From the IMG/VR virus record IMGVR_UViG_3300036766_001430, positions 1 to 59,459 of that record: 59,459 nucleotides of DNA; one strand, 5' to 3'. Below the pieces are notes generated by a model that did not search any database, was not told the origin of the DNA, and saw only the letters and a program-made list of their open reading frames with translations. Position numbers and translations under genes: made by a program. The DNA comes from a virus. Its lineage: Duplodnaviria > Caudoviricetes. Below are positions 9,419 through 19,155 of the stretch, piece after piece. How positions within the stretch are numbered: position 1 is the stretch's first letter; every line of letters begins with the position of its first letter.

Positions 9419-9982
9419 TCAATTCATCTCTTGGATCGAAAACTGCTGAATGGCGATGGCGTTCGCGTTGCTCAGCGAGAATGTTCCGAAGATGTCGATC
9501 GCGTTGAGGATGGTCGAGTCAAAGCCAGTCGAGACGACGGGCGTGATGTTGGGCACCATCAACACGGAGTGACCCGTGGTGGCGTCGGCACCGGAGATCG
9601 AGATGCACTGCGAGACCATCATGCCGACTGCCATGAGATTCGCCGTGCTACCTGCGCCGATCGCGCGCATCGTCATGTCGACCTCGAGCCAGAACGGAAG
9701 CGTCGTATGCGCCGTGGTCGACAACTGGATCGCGCCGCTGTTCCAGACCTGGACAGCCGCGAACGTAATGTCGAGCGTGAGCGTGCCCGGCGTCGTGACG
9801 ATGTTGCCGAGTTGGCCCGCGACGCGGAAGCGGATGTGCTTGCCTGGCGCAGAGAAGAAGTTCGTCGGCACCGTTTGCTTGGAGGCCGTCGGCATGATCG
9901 TCGTTCGCGTGAGCGACGCCGTAAGGATCGGCCCGATGGCGGCCGAGGGAACGCCGACAATATTTGAATATCCGAGGCCCAT
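9419..9982 (-). CDS. Putative beta-rich virion structural protein (187 aa)
   Basis: AGGAGAG SD; Thr/Ala/Gly-rich composition. Confidence 0.7.
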   Translation of the reverse strand: MGLGYSNIVGVPSAAIGPILTASLTRTTIMPTASKQTVPTNFFSAPGKHIRFRVAGQLGNIVTTPGTLTLDITFAAVQVWNSGAIQLSTTAHTTLPFWLEVDMTMRAIGAGSTANLMAVGMMVSQCISISGADATTGHSVLMVPNITPVVSTGFDSTILNAIDIFGTFSLSNANAIAIQQFSIQEMN

Positions 9983-9994
9983 GATTCTCTCCTA

Positions 9995-10294
9995 TCAGCC
10001 GAGCGTGCACGTGAGAGCGTTGATGGCGAAGCTCGGCGTGATGCCGATGTTCACGACGAGCGAGGCATTCAACACGCCCCAATAGATTAGGTCGCCCGCA
10101 GCGACGCCCGAGATGAGCCCGACGCCCACGTCGGTCTCCGTCTCCGGTCCGCTGCCCGACGCCGGGAAGGTGACGGCCGCGGCGTTCTTTGCCGTGGCCG
10201 GGTTCACGCCCGCAACGCTCGCCACGGTCCAGCCCGCACCCGAACGAGCTACGCCAACGCGCGTATAGCTCGTGTATGGCGTGGTGCATCCCGA
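9995..10294 (-). CDS. Gp80-like/tail-fiber-associated protein lacking its own N-terminus (fragment or readthrough product)
   Basis: YTSYTRVGVARSGAGWTV...NAAAVTFP...GDLIYWGVL...GITPSFAINAL. Coding-like sequence runs in frame up to the TGA of the upstream gene. Confidence 0.55.
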   Translation of the reverse strand, partial: SGCTTPYTSYTRVGVARSGAGWTVASVAGVNPATAKNAAAVTFPASGSGPETETDVGVGLISGVAAGDLIYWGVLNASLVVNIGITPSFAINALTCTLG

Positions 10295-10672
10295 TCAGCT
10301 CGCGGGTTGGGTGTGGGACCAGGACACGACGTGCACGACCTGCTTGGCGGCGATGCTCGTGTTGTCGAGCATCAGGTTGCCGGGCACGTCACCCGACCAG
10401 ACCACGCGCCCGCTCGAATCGCAGACGTCGTACTTGGTCGCCTTGGTGCCCTCGCCGGCCGCGGCGGTGCCGATGCCTTGCTTGGGCAAGCCCAGTGCCG
10501 TGGCCGTGCCGTCCTCGGCAGGCGAGAACGCCGGGTCATCCAGCTCCACGACGCAGAGCACGATGCCGGCCGCGCTCTTGATCTGAAGCGAGCCCGCACC
10601 GCCGGCCGCGTCGATGAGCCCGGTGACCCCGTCGACTGCGGCGTTGCGCGCGGGCACTTGGAGCGTGAGCAT
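10295..10672 (-). CDS. Putative virion structural protein (125 aa)
   Basis: ARNAAVDGVTGLIDAAGGAGSLQI...LDDPAFS...LDNTSIAA pattern resembling phage virion proteins; coupled to the portal stop. Confidence 0.7.
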   Translation of the reverse strand: MLTLQVPARNAAVDGVTGLIDAAGGAGSLQIKSAAGIVLCVVELDDPAFSPAEDGTATALGLPKQGIGTAAAGEGTKATKYDVCDSSGRVVWSGDVPGNLMLDNTSIAAKQVVHVVSWSHTQPAS

Positions 10673-12420
10673 CAGGCAGCTTCCTGGGTGAGCGTGAGGG
10701 TGGGCACGCCGTAGCGGGCTGCGAGGTCGTCCACGAAGGACTGCGTCACGTCCAGCTTGAGCGAGCGAGCCTCACGTATATCAGCGATGAGCGCGGCTGT
10801 CATGCGTGAAGCATGCTCGTGCTTCTCTACGTCGGTGGGCGCGCGAGGAGTTGCGAGCGCGCGCACCTTGGGGTCGATGACGTCGTGGAGGTCGGCCAGA
10901 GCATCGACGTGGTCCTGGGTCATGTCCAGGCCGGCCGCACGCGCCTCGGTCACCGCGCGCAGGAACTCCTCGTGCGCCTTCTTGGGCTTCTTCTTCGGCG
11001 CGACCTCGCCGGCCGGCGTGGGCTCGGCTTCGGGTCCTGGAGCGACTGGCGTTTCCGGGGTCTCGCCGGGCTCGCCTTCGGGCCCTGCGCCGCCGGGTCC
11101 ACCCGAGGGCGCGCCGGGGGGCGCGACCGGTTCGGGGCGTTCGAGGATAGACTCGCCTCCCTGGGGCTCCGGGATGCCGGCCTGGTCACGCGCCCACTTC
11201 TGCGGGATGTCGAGCCCGGCTTCGGTGAGCGAGAGCAACGCCTCACCGAATGCCTTGAGGTCGACGGCATCGTCGGTGATGAACTCGAAGCGCGGCACCG
11301 CAATGTCCGGGCCGAAGTTGAGCTGAATGAGCGCGGTAACGAGGTCGCGCGTGATGTCGGAGGCGATCTGGCTCGCGCGCGAGTCGCGCAGGTCCTTGCG
11401 CACGCCGTCGTGCACCTTGGCTTGAGCGTATCCGCTCGATGCGGACGATTGGGTGGACTCGGTTTGGCCGAGCGTCGCCTTGGACATCTCGTTGCCGAGC
11501 ATCGTGACGAACTCGCCGTGCGTACTGTTGGAGCGCGCGGCACCGCCGGGCCACTCCACGGCGATCGAGCAGTTGTCCGGGATGACCGCTGCGCCGTCGG
11601 TGGTGAGCCGGCGCATGATGTCCTCCAACGCTTCCTTGTTGGAGGCGTCGCTGACCCCCGCCTTGAACGAGCCGATGCGCCACGGCTTCCAGGAGATCTC
11701 TGCCGTCTTGAGCCAGTCCCCTATGACCCAGTTGCGGAAGACGCTCATCCACACCAGCGGGCGACAGAGCCCCTCGCGGTTGGCGATGTCGCCGGTGACA
11801 CGCGGCTGCGACACGACGAACTTGTACGGGTTGTCCGCGCGGAAGTCGGTGCCTTCGGTGGACGATTGCCACGGTTCGCGGAAGACGAAGGAGCCGTCGT
11901 GGAGGAGGAATCCGAAGCGTCGCGGGGCGATGGGCTTGAAGTCGGTCGGCACCAGCCGACCGTCCGACTTGGTCCACATGATCTCGCTGACGGCGTACGA
12001 GTAGTACACGGCGCCGGCGAGGTGCCCGAGCAAGCGCTGAAGCGCCGGAGTCGCGCGCAGCACATTTACACACCACTCGCGCGCACGCCGATCTTTAGCG
12101 CGTTCGTTTGTCGGGGAGGAGCTAACGAGTTGCCACGGCAGGGAAGCGATCGTCTCTTCGTGCGTCGCGAGCACCGCGTGCAGGTGCGCGTCGCGCTGGC
12201 GACACTCGTTGGCCAGGTCCATGAGCTGACGCATGTCGCCCGAGTCGGCCGCGCGCAGGATGGCGCTGATGCGGTCGGGCGTGACCCCGCCGCCGATGCG
12301 CGCGCTCTGGTTCCAGAGCGCGAGATCTCCCACCACAGAACCGCGCGCAGCAGCACCCAAGCGCGCAAGACGCTTGGACTGCGAGGTAAACGCACTCGCT
12401 ATGGAGGCGAGAAAGCTCAT
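10672..12420 (-). CDS. Portal protein, Mu gp29/DUF935 family
   Basis: TPDRISAILRAAD.GD...RDAHL...GLCRPL.W...EMSKATLGQT...SSGYAQAKVH..VR..L..S.A..I. Confidence 0.92.
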   Translation of the reverse strand: MSFLASIASAFTSQSKRLARLGAAARGSVVGDLALWNQSARIGGGVTPDRISAILRAADSGDMRQLMDLANECRQRDAHLHAVLATHEETIASLPWQLVSSSPTNERAKDRRAREWCVNVLRATPALQRLLGHLAGAVYYSYAVSEIMWTKSDGRLVPTDFKPIAPRRFGFLLHDGSFVFREPWQSSTEGTDFRADNPYKFVVSQPRVTGDIANREGLCRPLVWMSVFRNWVIGDWLKTAEISWKPWRIGSFKAGVSDASNKEALEDIMRRLTTDGAAVIPDNCSIAVEWPGGAARSNSTHGEFVTMLGNEMSKATLGQTESTQSSASSGYAQAKVHDGVRKDLRDSRASQIASDITRDLVTALIQLNFGPDIAVPRFEFITDDAVDLKAFGEALLSLTEAGLDIPQKWARDQAGIPEPQGGESILERPEPVAPPGAPSGGPGGAGPEGEPGETPETPVAPGPEAEPTPAGEVAPKKKPKKAHEEFLRAVTEARAAGLDMTQDHVDALADLHDVIDPKVRALATPRAPTDVEKHEHASRMTAALIADIREARSLKLDVTQSFVDDLAARYGVPTLTLTQEAA

Positions 12421-12422
12421 GC

Positions 12423-12926
12423 TCAGGGCGTAGCCGCGAACGGGAGGTTGAGCCGGCGGTCACCGCGCACGCGGCCGGGTCGTCCCAGGATCTTGCTCGA
12501 CGTGGTGCCGCCGCTGTTGAGCACGGCGGTCACACGGAAGAAGACCTGGGGATGGCCGAAGACGCGCAGCTCAGCGAACTGGGTCTCCTGCCCCGGCAAC
12601 GCGCCGGTGGTCTCGGCAGCGAGCGCGCCGATGGTCGTGATGCCCGGCGGCGCACCGAGGAGCACGCGCGACAGCTTCTGGTCGACGGCTCCGTCAGGGT
12701 CGAAGAACAGCGCCTCGATGGTCATGCTCGACGTGCCGGGCACCACCACCTCCACGCCGATGAGCACGGTGTCGTACCCAGAGCAGTCGATGCCGCCCGT
12801 GAGCTTGCCCGCGACCGCAGGATAGTTCGCGTCGCTGAGCGTCGCGCTGTCGATGGCGATGGCGCCCGCGATGGCTCGCAGCTCCGTCGTCTCGCCCGTG
12901 CGGAATCCACCTGCTTTGCGCGCCAT
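12423..12926 (-). CDS. Hypothetical (virion-associated?) protein
   Basis: GAGGAG SD; located between terminase and portal. Confidence 0.65.
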   Translation of the reverse strand: MARKAGGFRTGETTELRAIAGAIAIDSATLSDANYPAVAGKLTGGIDCSGYDTVLIGVEVVVPGTSSMTIEALFFDPDGAVDQKLSRVLLGAPPGITTIGALAAETTGALPGQETQFAELRVFGHPQVFFRVTAVLNSGGTTSSKILGRPGRVRGDRRLNLPFAATP

Positions 12927-12954
12927 GTCGTTGCTCCTCGACGAAGTGATGAAC

Positions 12955-12994
12955 GCGCGCGCAGGGTCAGAGCGTTTCGCTCGCCTGCGCGCGC
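12955..12994. terminator. Long GC-rich intergenic hairpin
   Basis: GCGCGCGCAGG/CCTGCGCGCGC outer stem with GAGCG-TTT-CGCTC inner stem; no clear U-tract. Confidence 0.4.
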
Positions 12995-13041
12995 CGCGTG
13001 CTCTCGAAGGGCGGCACGCGTACTAGCCCGAGCAGCGTAGC

Positions 13042-13692
13042 TTACGCGCCGAGGTTCTTCATGAGGTTGCCGAGCAGCACGACGTTGCCCGTGCCCGCCG
13101 TGAACGCGCTCGTGATGCGGTCGTGGCGGATGGTCTCGGCGGCCTTCCAGAAGACGCGTCGCTGCGCGAGCGTCGCGAAGAGCGTGCCGATGGTGCCGAA
13201 GTTCGGCGCGCCTGCGGCCGTGAGCGCAGCGAGCGCATCGCCTACTGCACCGCCGAGCAGGTCGCCCTTGGTCGTGAGGGACGCCTTGTTGGACGAGGAC
13301 AGGCCGATGGTCGAGGCCGCGCCGCCGGTGAAGTCGGCGGTCACCTCGCGGTAGACCTCCTGGAGATGGAACTCGGCGCCGGTCGGCATCGTCAGGAGGA
13401 TGGCCGCGTCAGCGGTCGCGAACGTGAAGGGGATGACGATCTTGCACGCACCCGGCGCGCGCAGCCACCGACCCAGCGACGCGTCGGCAGGCGTCGCCAC
13501 GAGCAGGTCATCGCCGGTGAGCGCGCTGGTCGCGTCGAACTGCCAGATCGTGTCGTCAGCGAGCACGTGGCAGTACATGCCGTCCACCTGGCGCGAGCCG
13601 GGGATGGCCTTGAGCGCGGTCATCGTCGTGACCGGGGCCGCGATGCGCTCGGACACGAGACGGGCAGCGGTATCGCCATAGAGCAGCTTCAT
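13042..13692 (-). CDS. Hypothetical virion-associated protein (216 aa)
   Basis: Ala/Thr/Gly-rich, co-oriented, purine-rich sequence upstream. Confidence 0.65.
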   Translation of the reverse strand: MKLLYGDTAARLVSERIAAPVTTMTALKAIPGSRQVDGMYCHVLADDTIWQFDATSALTGDDLLVATPADASLGRWLRAPGACKIVIPFTFATADAAILLTMPTGAEFHLQEVYREVTADFTGGAASTIGLSSSNKASLTTKGDLLGGAVGDALAALTAAGAPNFGTIGTLFATLAQRRVFWKAAETIRHDRITSAFTAGTGNVVLLGNLMKNLGA

Positions 13693-13768
13693 GATCGTTC
13701 TCTTCTGCGGCTGGGCCGCGTCTCGATGTTGAACAGCGGGCGCGCACGCGCAAGGCGCGTGGCGTCTT

Positions 13769-14068
13769 TCACTCCGTCATCCAGCATCCAGCGCGGACCA
13801 CGGACGAAAACTGAGGGGGCGCAGCACACGCGGTGAACGCGGCGCGCTGGGCGGGGGTCATGTCGAGCACGACCTTGGCGAGCACGACCGGCGGCATCCC
13901 ACCGAGCGACGTGAACGTGGGCACCGGGGCGCAGCCCACGGCCGTCATCGGGAGCATCGGCGCGTTGAGCGTGCGCATCAGAGAGCGAGGCGCGTGCGCA
14001 TCGAGCTGCTCGGCCACGTGCTTGCTCGCGTCGTCCTTGGACCCCGTGACTTCGATCGACCAGCTCAT
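13769..14068 (-). CDS. Hypothetical protein
   Basis: GAGGAG SD; the C-terminal part looks degenerate. Confidence 0.4.
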   Translation of the reverse strand: MSWSIEVTGSKDDASKHVAEQLDAHAPRSLMRTLNAPMLPMTAVGCAPVPTFTSLGGMPPVVLAKVVLDMTPAQRAAFTACAAPPQFSSVVRAGCWMTE

Positions 14069-14239
14069 GCTCGTGCTCCTCGTTGAGTCACGCGTACAGA
14101 CGCGCGGTGGCCGCTTGAGCGGCCTTGAACGAAGCGACCGTACCAGAGCCCGTCTGTCGGCGCACGGTGAACGTAGCCCACCAGAGCCACATGTGCACGA
14201 CGACAGCGCGCGCCAGCTGAGTCTCCTTGCCCGGTCTGC

Positions 14240-15979
14240 TCATCCGAACCCTCGTGAATCCGATCCCCATCGGTACTTGTCCTGACGCTGCCCGCCGTTA
14301 CCGACGTCGATGCGCGGCTTCGACAGCACGGTCCACGCGATGATGTGCGTGAGCACGCGATCGTCGTGCGCCCCGGGAGCCGCGGCCGGCTTGCCTGTCT
14401 TGGTAATGACGAAGCGCTGCATCTCGACCAGGGCATCCCGATCGGGCGACGACCACTTGGCCGTGCGGTGCGCCATCTCGAACGCTTCGCATGCGGTAGC
14501 ACGCTGTACCTCGCCCGTCTTCCACCCCGGCTTCTCGTCGTCGGGGTCGTGGTACACGCTGGGGTAGGCACGCGTCACGTCCGTGCCGACGCCCAGCCGA
14601 AGCAACGCGTTGAGCACGGCGTGGCCGTGGTTGATACGCTCCACGATGATCTGCGCCTTGTTGAACCGGAAGCCGACCGTCTCCAACGCAGCGGCGAACT
14701 CGTGCGTGCGCCAAAGACCGTGCAACGACGCGACGTGCTCGCCGGTGTCGCGTCGATAGACGGCGGCAGCGCACGGGTCCCCGCCCACGACGCCCTCCGA
14801 AGGGTCAGCCACGACCACGTACGGAGCTTGCGCAATCGCGTCGACCCAAACGCGTAGTTCGTTCGTCACCGCCGAGTCGCCCACGCTCCCAGGCATCGCC
14901 TCGATCGCGATCGGCGCGCGGGTCTCGGTGAGGAGGACCTTGAGCCGCTCCGCGTTGAAGAAGAGCCGGCCGGCTATCAGCCAGCATGTCTCCTCGTCCA
15001 TCGGGTACTCCTGGTCTGCGAGGTCTTGCGTCTTGTCCGCGACCTTCGCCCGGTACCACTTCACCTGCTCGGAGCTGGCGTTGTACTTCCGAACCATCTC
15101 CCGCTCCCGCGGGGAGCTGACGCGGATGACTTCCCCTGGCGCCAGGCCAAGCCGGTACTCGGGATGGCTCAGCCAGGCGAAGAAGAATGCGCGGAAGCTG
15201 TTCGCCTTGTGCTTGGCGGCATCGTACAGCGCGTAGAACAACCCGGCACCGCCCTGGGGCGTGGACTCGATCGTGACCTCGTTGCGCACGCCCGTCGGCA
15301 CGCACGCCTCGACGGCGTTCCACGTCTCCTCAGCGAACTCGAACGAAGAGATCTCCGTGATGTGGAGCCGCTGGATCGTGCCCGACCTGCCGACCTTGCG
15401 CGCCGCAGCCGCGCTTGCCCCCGCGCCCTTGATCTCCAGCCGCGCCGAGCCGAACCGTAGCTCCCCCTCTTCCCATCGAAGCATATCGTCGCCGGAGGGA
15501 CCGCCGGCAGAGGCATTGGGCGCGAGCCACGGGTGCCGCCCCGCGAGACCTTCGCCCGGCTTGTCCAGACCGAGCATGACGTTCACGCGCATCACCATCT
15601 CGCGAATCGCGTTGTTGTCCGAGTCCGACGGACACACGAGCACGACGTGGGCGTTGTCCTGCGTCAGCAACCACCAAAGGTCCCGCGCCAGCTCCCACGT
15701 CGTGAACCAGACCTGGCGCGGCTTGAGCACAATGTCCCTGCCGGACCGCGTGGACTCGAACTGAGTGAGCATCCCGGTCGGCCGCACGCGAACGCGCATG
15801 CCGTCCTTGTCGAGAACGTCCAGCTCAGAGGCGAACGCCGTGAAGTCGTCCCGCCAACGGTCAATGATCGCGCGATGAGTCGCGACCCTCGCGCGATGAC
15901 GCGACCGCATCTCCAGCTCCAGCGCCATTGCGAGCGTTGTCCCGGATAGAAGCGGTGAGGGCGCGCTTGAGCTGGTCAT
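14240..15979 (-). CDS. terL: Terminase large subunit
   Basis: IVLKPRQ Walker A-like, GRSGTI..LHITE Walker B, IESTPQG, QEYP, ADPSEG...GD, ERINHG, HDDRV nuclease motifs. Confidence 0.93.
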   Translation of the reverse strand: MTSSSAPSPLLSGTTLAMALELEMRSRHRARVATHRAIIDRWRDDFTAFASELDVLDKDGMRVRVRPTGMLTQFESTRSGRDIVLKPRQVWFTTWELARDLWWLLTQDNAHVVLVCPSDSDNNAIREMVMRVNVMLGLDKPGEGLAGRHPWLAPNASAGGPSGDDMLRWEEGELRFGSARLEIKGAGASAAAARKVGRSGTIQRLHITEISSFEFAEETWNAVEACVPTGVRNEVTIESTPQGGAGLFYALYDAAKHKANSFRAFFFAWLSHPEYRLGLAPGEVIRVSSPREREMVRKYNASSEQVKWYRAKVADKTQDLADQEYPMDEETCWLIAGRLFFNAERLKVLLTETRAPIAIEAMPGSVGDSAVTNELRVWVDAIAQAPYVVVADPSEGVVGGDPCAAAVYRRDTGEHVASLHGLWRTHEFAAALETVGFRFNKAQIIVERINHGHAVLNALLRLGVGTDVTRAYPSVYHDPDDEKPGWKTGEVQRATACEAFEMAHRTAKWSSPDRDALVEMQRFVITKTGKPAAAPGAHDDRVLTHIIAWTVLSKPRIDVGNGGQRQDKYRWGSDSRGFG

Positions 15980-16628
15980 CGGTCATGGACTTGAGGTCTG
16001 TAAGATTCACCTCTAGCAGAGGTGCCCCGTCGCGTCCCGTCAGCTCGTTGCGCGTGGGCGCGTACGTCCCGCAGAGCGCGGCCTCCAGCTTCACGGCGTT
16101 GTGCAGCCGGTCGATCGCCAAGAGCTTCTCGCGTGCGGTGCTCTCCTTGGAGCCCATGACCGCGTGCGCCGTGCGCTTGGTCGTCGCAACCTCGCCCAGC
16201 TGCTTCTCGCGCAGCTCCACGGCCGACAGCGAGCACTCGCGGTGCAACTCGTCGAGCCGGCGCTTGACCGCGCGATGCGCGTTCTGCCGCGAACCGTACT
16301 GGAGCTGGTCGTTGATCTGGTCGTACGTTAGACCGGCCTGACAGAGCTGCAACGCCTTGGTGTCCCGCGCGTAGCTCTCGACCGTCTGCTTCACGACCTT
16401 GGGCTTGCCCGCGATCCCCCTCGCGTGCACCGGCCGCTTGGCCGGGCCGACCTTGAGCGCCGCAGCTATCTTCGGCCGGCGACCTGGCGACCGAGGGCGC
16501 GGGGCCCCACCCGTCGTCACTCCATGCGGCGTCAGTGACCCCTTGCCGCTGGATACGTGTGATGCGTGATACACGTCCACACCGTTCACCGTCTTGTCCC
16601 CCTTGGGGGGAGCACTCTCGTCAGCCAT
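15861..16628 (-). CDS. terS: Terminase small subunit (putative)
   Basis: HTH (ALQLCQAGLTYDQINDQLQY) and ELTGRDGAPL...DLKSMTDDQL C-terminal motif; directly upstream of terL. Confidence 0.75.
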   Translation of the reverse strand: MADESAPPKGDKTVNGVDVYHASHVSSGKGSLTPHGVTTGGAPRPRSPGRRPKIAAALKVGPAKRPVHARGIAGKPKVVKQTVESYARDTKALQLCQAGLTYDQINDQLQYGSRQNAHRAVKRRLDELHRECSLSAVELREKQLGEVATTKRTAHAVMGSKESTAREKLLAIDRLHNAVKLEAALCGTYAPTRNELTGRDGAPLLEVNLTDLKSMTDDQLKRALTASIRDNARNGAGAGDAVASSREGRDSSRDH

Positions 16629-17180
16629 CTACCCTTGCCCCCGCAAGAGCCGCTGACCTGGCGATTCCATGCGGTTCTTCGCGCGAGGACGCGACCTGGA
16701 TCGTGCGCAGACTTTGCGGTCCCCTCGCCCCGGCGAGCCTTGGCAGGAGGCCTGCCTTCGTCCTCGCGTGGTCGTCGCCTAGCACCCTCGTTTGATTATC
16801 GCATCCATCTCATCGAGACTGCGCGATGAGCGGTGATTACCGGTTCCAAGTAGCCGTGCTCTGCGAAGGGTGCGTGTGGGGAGGCGTTCCCTGGGGAGGT
16901 GACGACAGCGGGCGCTGTCCTCAGCCGTATATTGGCGGCGGGAGCGAGCCGGTGCATGCGTGCCCATCCCCAGTGCCCGCCTGCCACGCCGTCCGGCCAC
17001 ACCTGGGGCGGTGACGCTTCACCCACGCGGGTGGTCGCTGGATGCTTTGGCCGCGGTGTCTTGCCGTGCGAGTCGGTCGTCTTGGTAGCGTGCGGGATTG
17101 GGTGGTTGGAGTTGGTCTTCATGGCCGATGCGTGTGCACATCGTCTGGGCTCATGACCGCCCAGCGGCGCTTCGAACGTG

Positions 17181-17525
17181 TCATCGGCGCCGACCCGTCG
17201 CCCGCTCCAACTCCGCGAGCCGTGCGTAGGCTTCGCCGAGGTCGCGCTCGAACGCCGCGAGCCGGCGTTCGAGCACTTCATCGCGTCGGCCGCGGGGCAT
17301 GTACTGGTCGATGATGGCGATGGTCGTGCAAAGCTGCCCCTGCTTGCCGCGAGGGAACACGCGCAGGGGTCCGCCCGCTTGCTGTTCGTCGAACCACATC
17401 TGCAGCATCGAGCGGCCCCATTCGCGCGACTTCTTGAACATGCGCCCGAAGCGCGTTGCCCCTACGATGAATGACGCGTCGGGCGGAGGCACCGCACCAG
17501 GAGCGTGACGCGTGCGCTCGCTCAC
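17181..17525 (-). CDS. Hypothetical protein
   Basis: Coupled overlap with the upstream ORF; C-terminal coiled coil. Confidence 0.55.
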   Translation of the reverse strand: MSERTRHAPGAVPPPDASFIVGATRFGRMFKKSREWGRSMLQMWFDEQQAGGPLRVFPRGKQGQLCTTIAIIDQYMPRGRRDEVLERRLAAFERDLGEAYARLAELERATGRRR

Positions 17526-18223
17526 GGCGTCTTACGCGCTAGGCACGCCTCACGGCATTGCCGGCAGGTGCATAGGCACTTGTCGAGCGCGCGGCACCCG
17601 GCCGACCCGCAGCCGGCGCGCGCGTCCTTGACCTTGAACTGCGGCCCTTGTTGCAGGGGTCGGCGTGCCTTGGCGCGGGCTTCATCGAGGGCTTTGCGCC
17701 GATCCACCCCGACAGGGAGCAGCCCCCCGCACGCGGCAATCGTGAGCATCGACGCTGCCGCCCCTAGCTGCCGCTTCCGGCTCTCTGGGGTTGGGCTGCT
17801 GGGGCAGGAGTCGGCATCCTCATCGGGGGGCAGATGACTTTCAGCTTCGAGCTGGGTGAGCGTGTCGAGGTGGTAGCGCGTCTTACCTACGGCGATCTGG
17901 TCCGCCAACGCGGGGTTGGGTGTACCGTTGAGAGTCTCGTCCTCCGTGGGTAGGCGCGGCCCCTCGCCCCCGTGCAGGGTAATCGAGTTGGGGGGGTGGA
18001 TGGGCGCGGGGTTTCGCTTCGCGATCTCGCGCAACATGTCGAGCGCCTGCTGATCGGTCTCCACCTCAGGGCGCACGTGGAGGAACGCCTGCGCGACCGA
18101 CTCCTTCGAGGAGCCAGTGGATGCGGCTATCTTGTCGATCTCGCCCATGATGGCGGCCGTGTATGCGAGCGACTCCGCCGCGGGTAGATCGCCGATCGGC
18201 GGCGCGGAAGCGGCGGTCATCAA
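17522..18223 (-). CDS. Hypothetical protein with Cys-rich C-terminus
   Basis: GGAGG SD, overlapping start/stop; CxxxxC...CxCxCxxC motif. Confidence 0.55.
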   Translation of the reverse strand: MMTAASAPPIGDLPAAESLAYTAAIMGEIDKIAASTGSSKESVAQAFLHVRPEVETDQQALDMLREIAKRNPAPIHPPNSITLHGGEGPRLPTEDETLNGTPNPALADQIAVGKTRYHLDTLTQLEAESHLPPDEDADSCPSSPTPESRKRQLGAAASMLTIAACGGLLPVGVDRRKALDEARAKARRPLQQGPQFKVKDARAGCGSAGCRALDKCLCTCRQCREACLARKTP

Positions 18224-19026
18224 GGCACCTCCATCCAGGCGGCGTGGTACTGCCGCTCTGCGTGATTTAGTACGCGGGAAGTAGCGAGCTTCACGTCCAA
18301 CGCAAACGCCTCCCGGCGCGCGTCATGCGCCTGGCGGCGGAGCGTGCGCGCGGTGACTCGCCCTTGGTAAACGTGGTCTGGCTCACTTCTATGCTGCATC
18401 GGCATGTCCTCCGTGTAGGGCGCTACTGCGTCCCGCAGCGCGTCGCTGCTCGTGACGATTCCATCGAGCCAAGCGAACCGTTCGCGTGTCGGTGACGACA
18501 GCGCGACCTCCGTGCGGACCAGATCCATGCGCCGATCTTCGACCGGTGCGGTGTACCGTGCGAGCGAGGCAAGCGGGCAGACCGGCCACCTCTCCCCGAG
18601 CAGCTCAGGCAGTAGCGGCAGCACGTCGAGCAAGATCGGGTCGGGCTGGCCGTAGCTCACGTACAGCACAGCCACGTCTTCGTGCGCGCCAATGCTACGC
18701 ATTCGCGCGAGGGCTCGCCGGCACCGCTTGATGCGCATCCGCCAAGTCGCCACGACGGGGTGGCGCCAGACCTCGAATCGATCGCAGAACCGCTCGACCG
18801 ATTCGAGGTGGTTGATGTAGCCGTCCTCGTCGATGTCCGCGCGGCCCGAGCACGCTAGCTGGTCCACGAGGTAGCGTGTGCACACGCCTGCGTTGGTCTC
18901 CTCGACCCCGCGCGCAACGTCCCCCAGGTCGGCCGCGTGGTGTGCGGGAAGACGCCACGGCGCGTCGGCGCGTCGCGGTGCGTCACGCAAGCTGGATCGA
19001 TACGTAACCGGCGCGTCAACGGACAT
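18220..19026 (-). CDS. Hypothetical protein (possible late regulator)
   Basis: GGAGG SD; position upstream of packaging genes. Function is a guess. Confidence 0.5.
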   Translation of the reverse strand: MSVDAPVTYRSSLRDAPRRADAPWRLPAHHAADLGDVARGVEETNAGVCTRYLVDQLACSGRADIDEDGYINHLESVERFCDRFEVWRHPVVATWRMRIKRCRRALARMRSIGAHEDVAVLYVSYGQPDPILLDVLPLLPELLGERWPVCPLASLARYTAPVEDRRMDLVRTEVALSSPTRERFAWLDGIVTSSDALRDAVAPYTEDMPMQHRSEPDHVYQGRVTARTLRRQAHDARREAFALDVKLATSRVLNHAERQYHAAWMEVP

Positions 19027-19155
19027 GAACACGACCTCCACCCCGGCCCGCGGGCGAGGCACCGGTTTCTACCCGTCCGGGCGAGGCGTGGAGAGGCTTT
19101 TGCCCGTGAGTGGGTCGAGGGTGACCAGGGACGGCAGAGGGCATCACGGGGGCGC

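Noticed and set aside
10813-12825. Long plus-strand ORFs opposite real genes (e.g. 10813-12825, 26211-27275, 45669-46880) and minus-strand 51738-53039
   Set aside because: Antisense shadows typical of high-GC DNA; no motifs or SDs.
16630-17180. ORFs or structured ncRNA upstream of terS
   Set aside because: The ORFs lack motifs and I could not support a structure; probably a late-promoter or packaging region, unverified.
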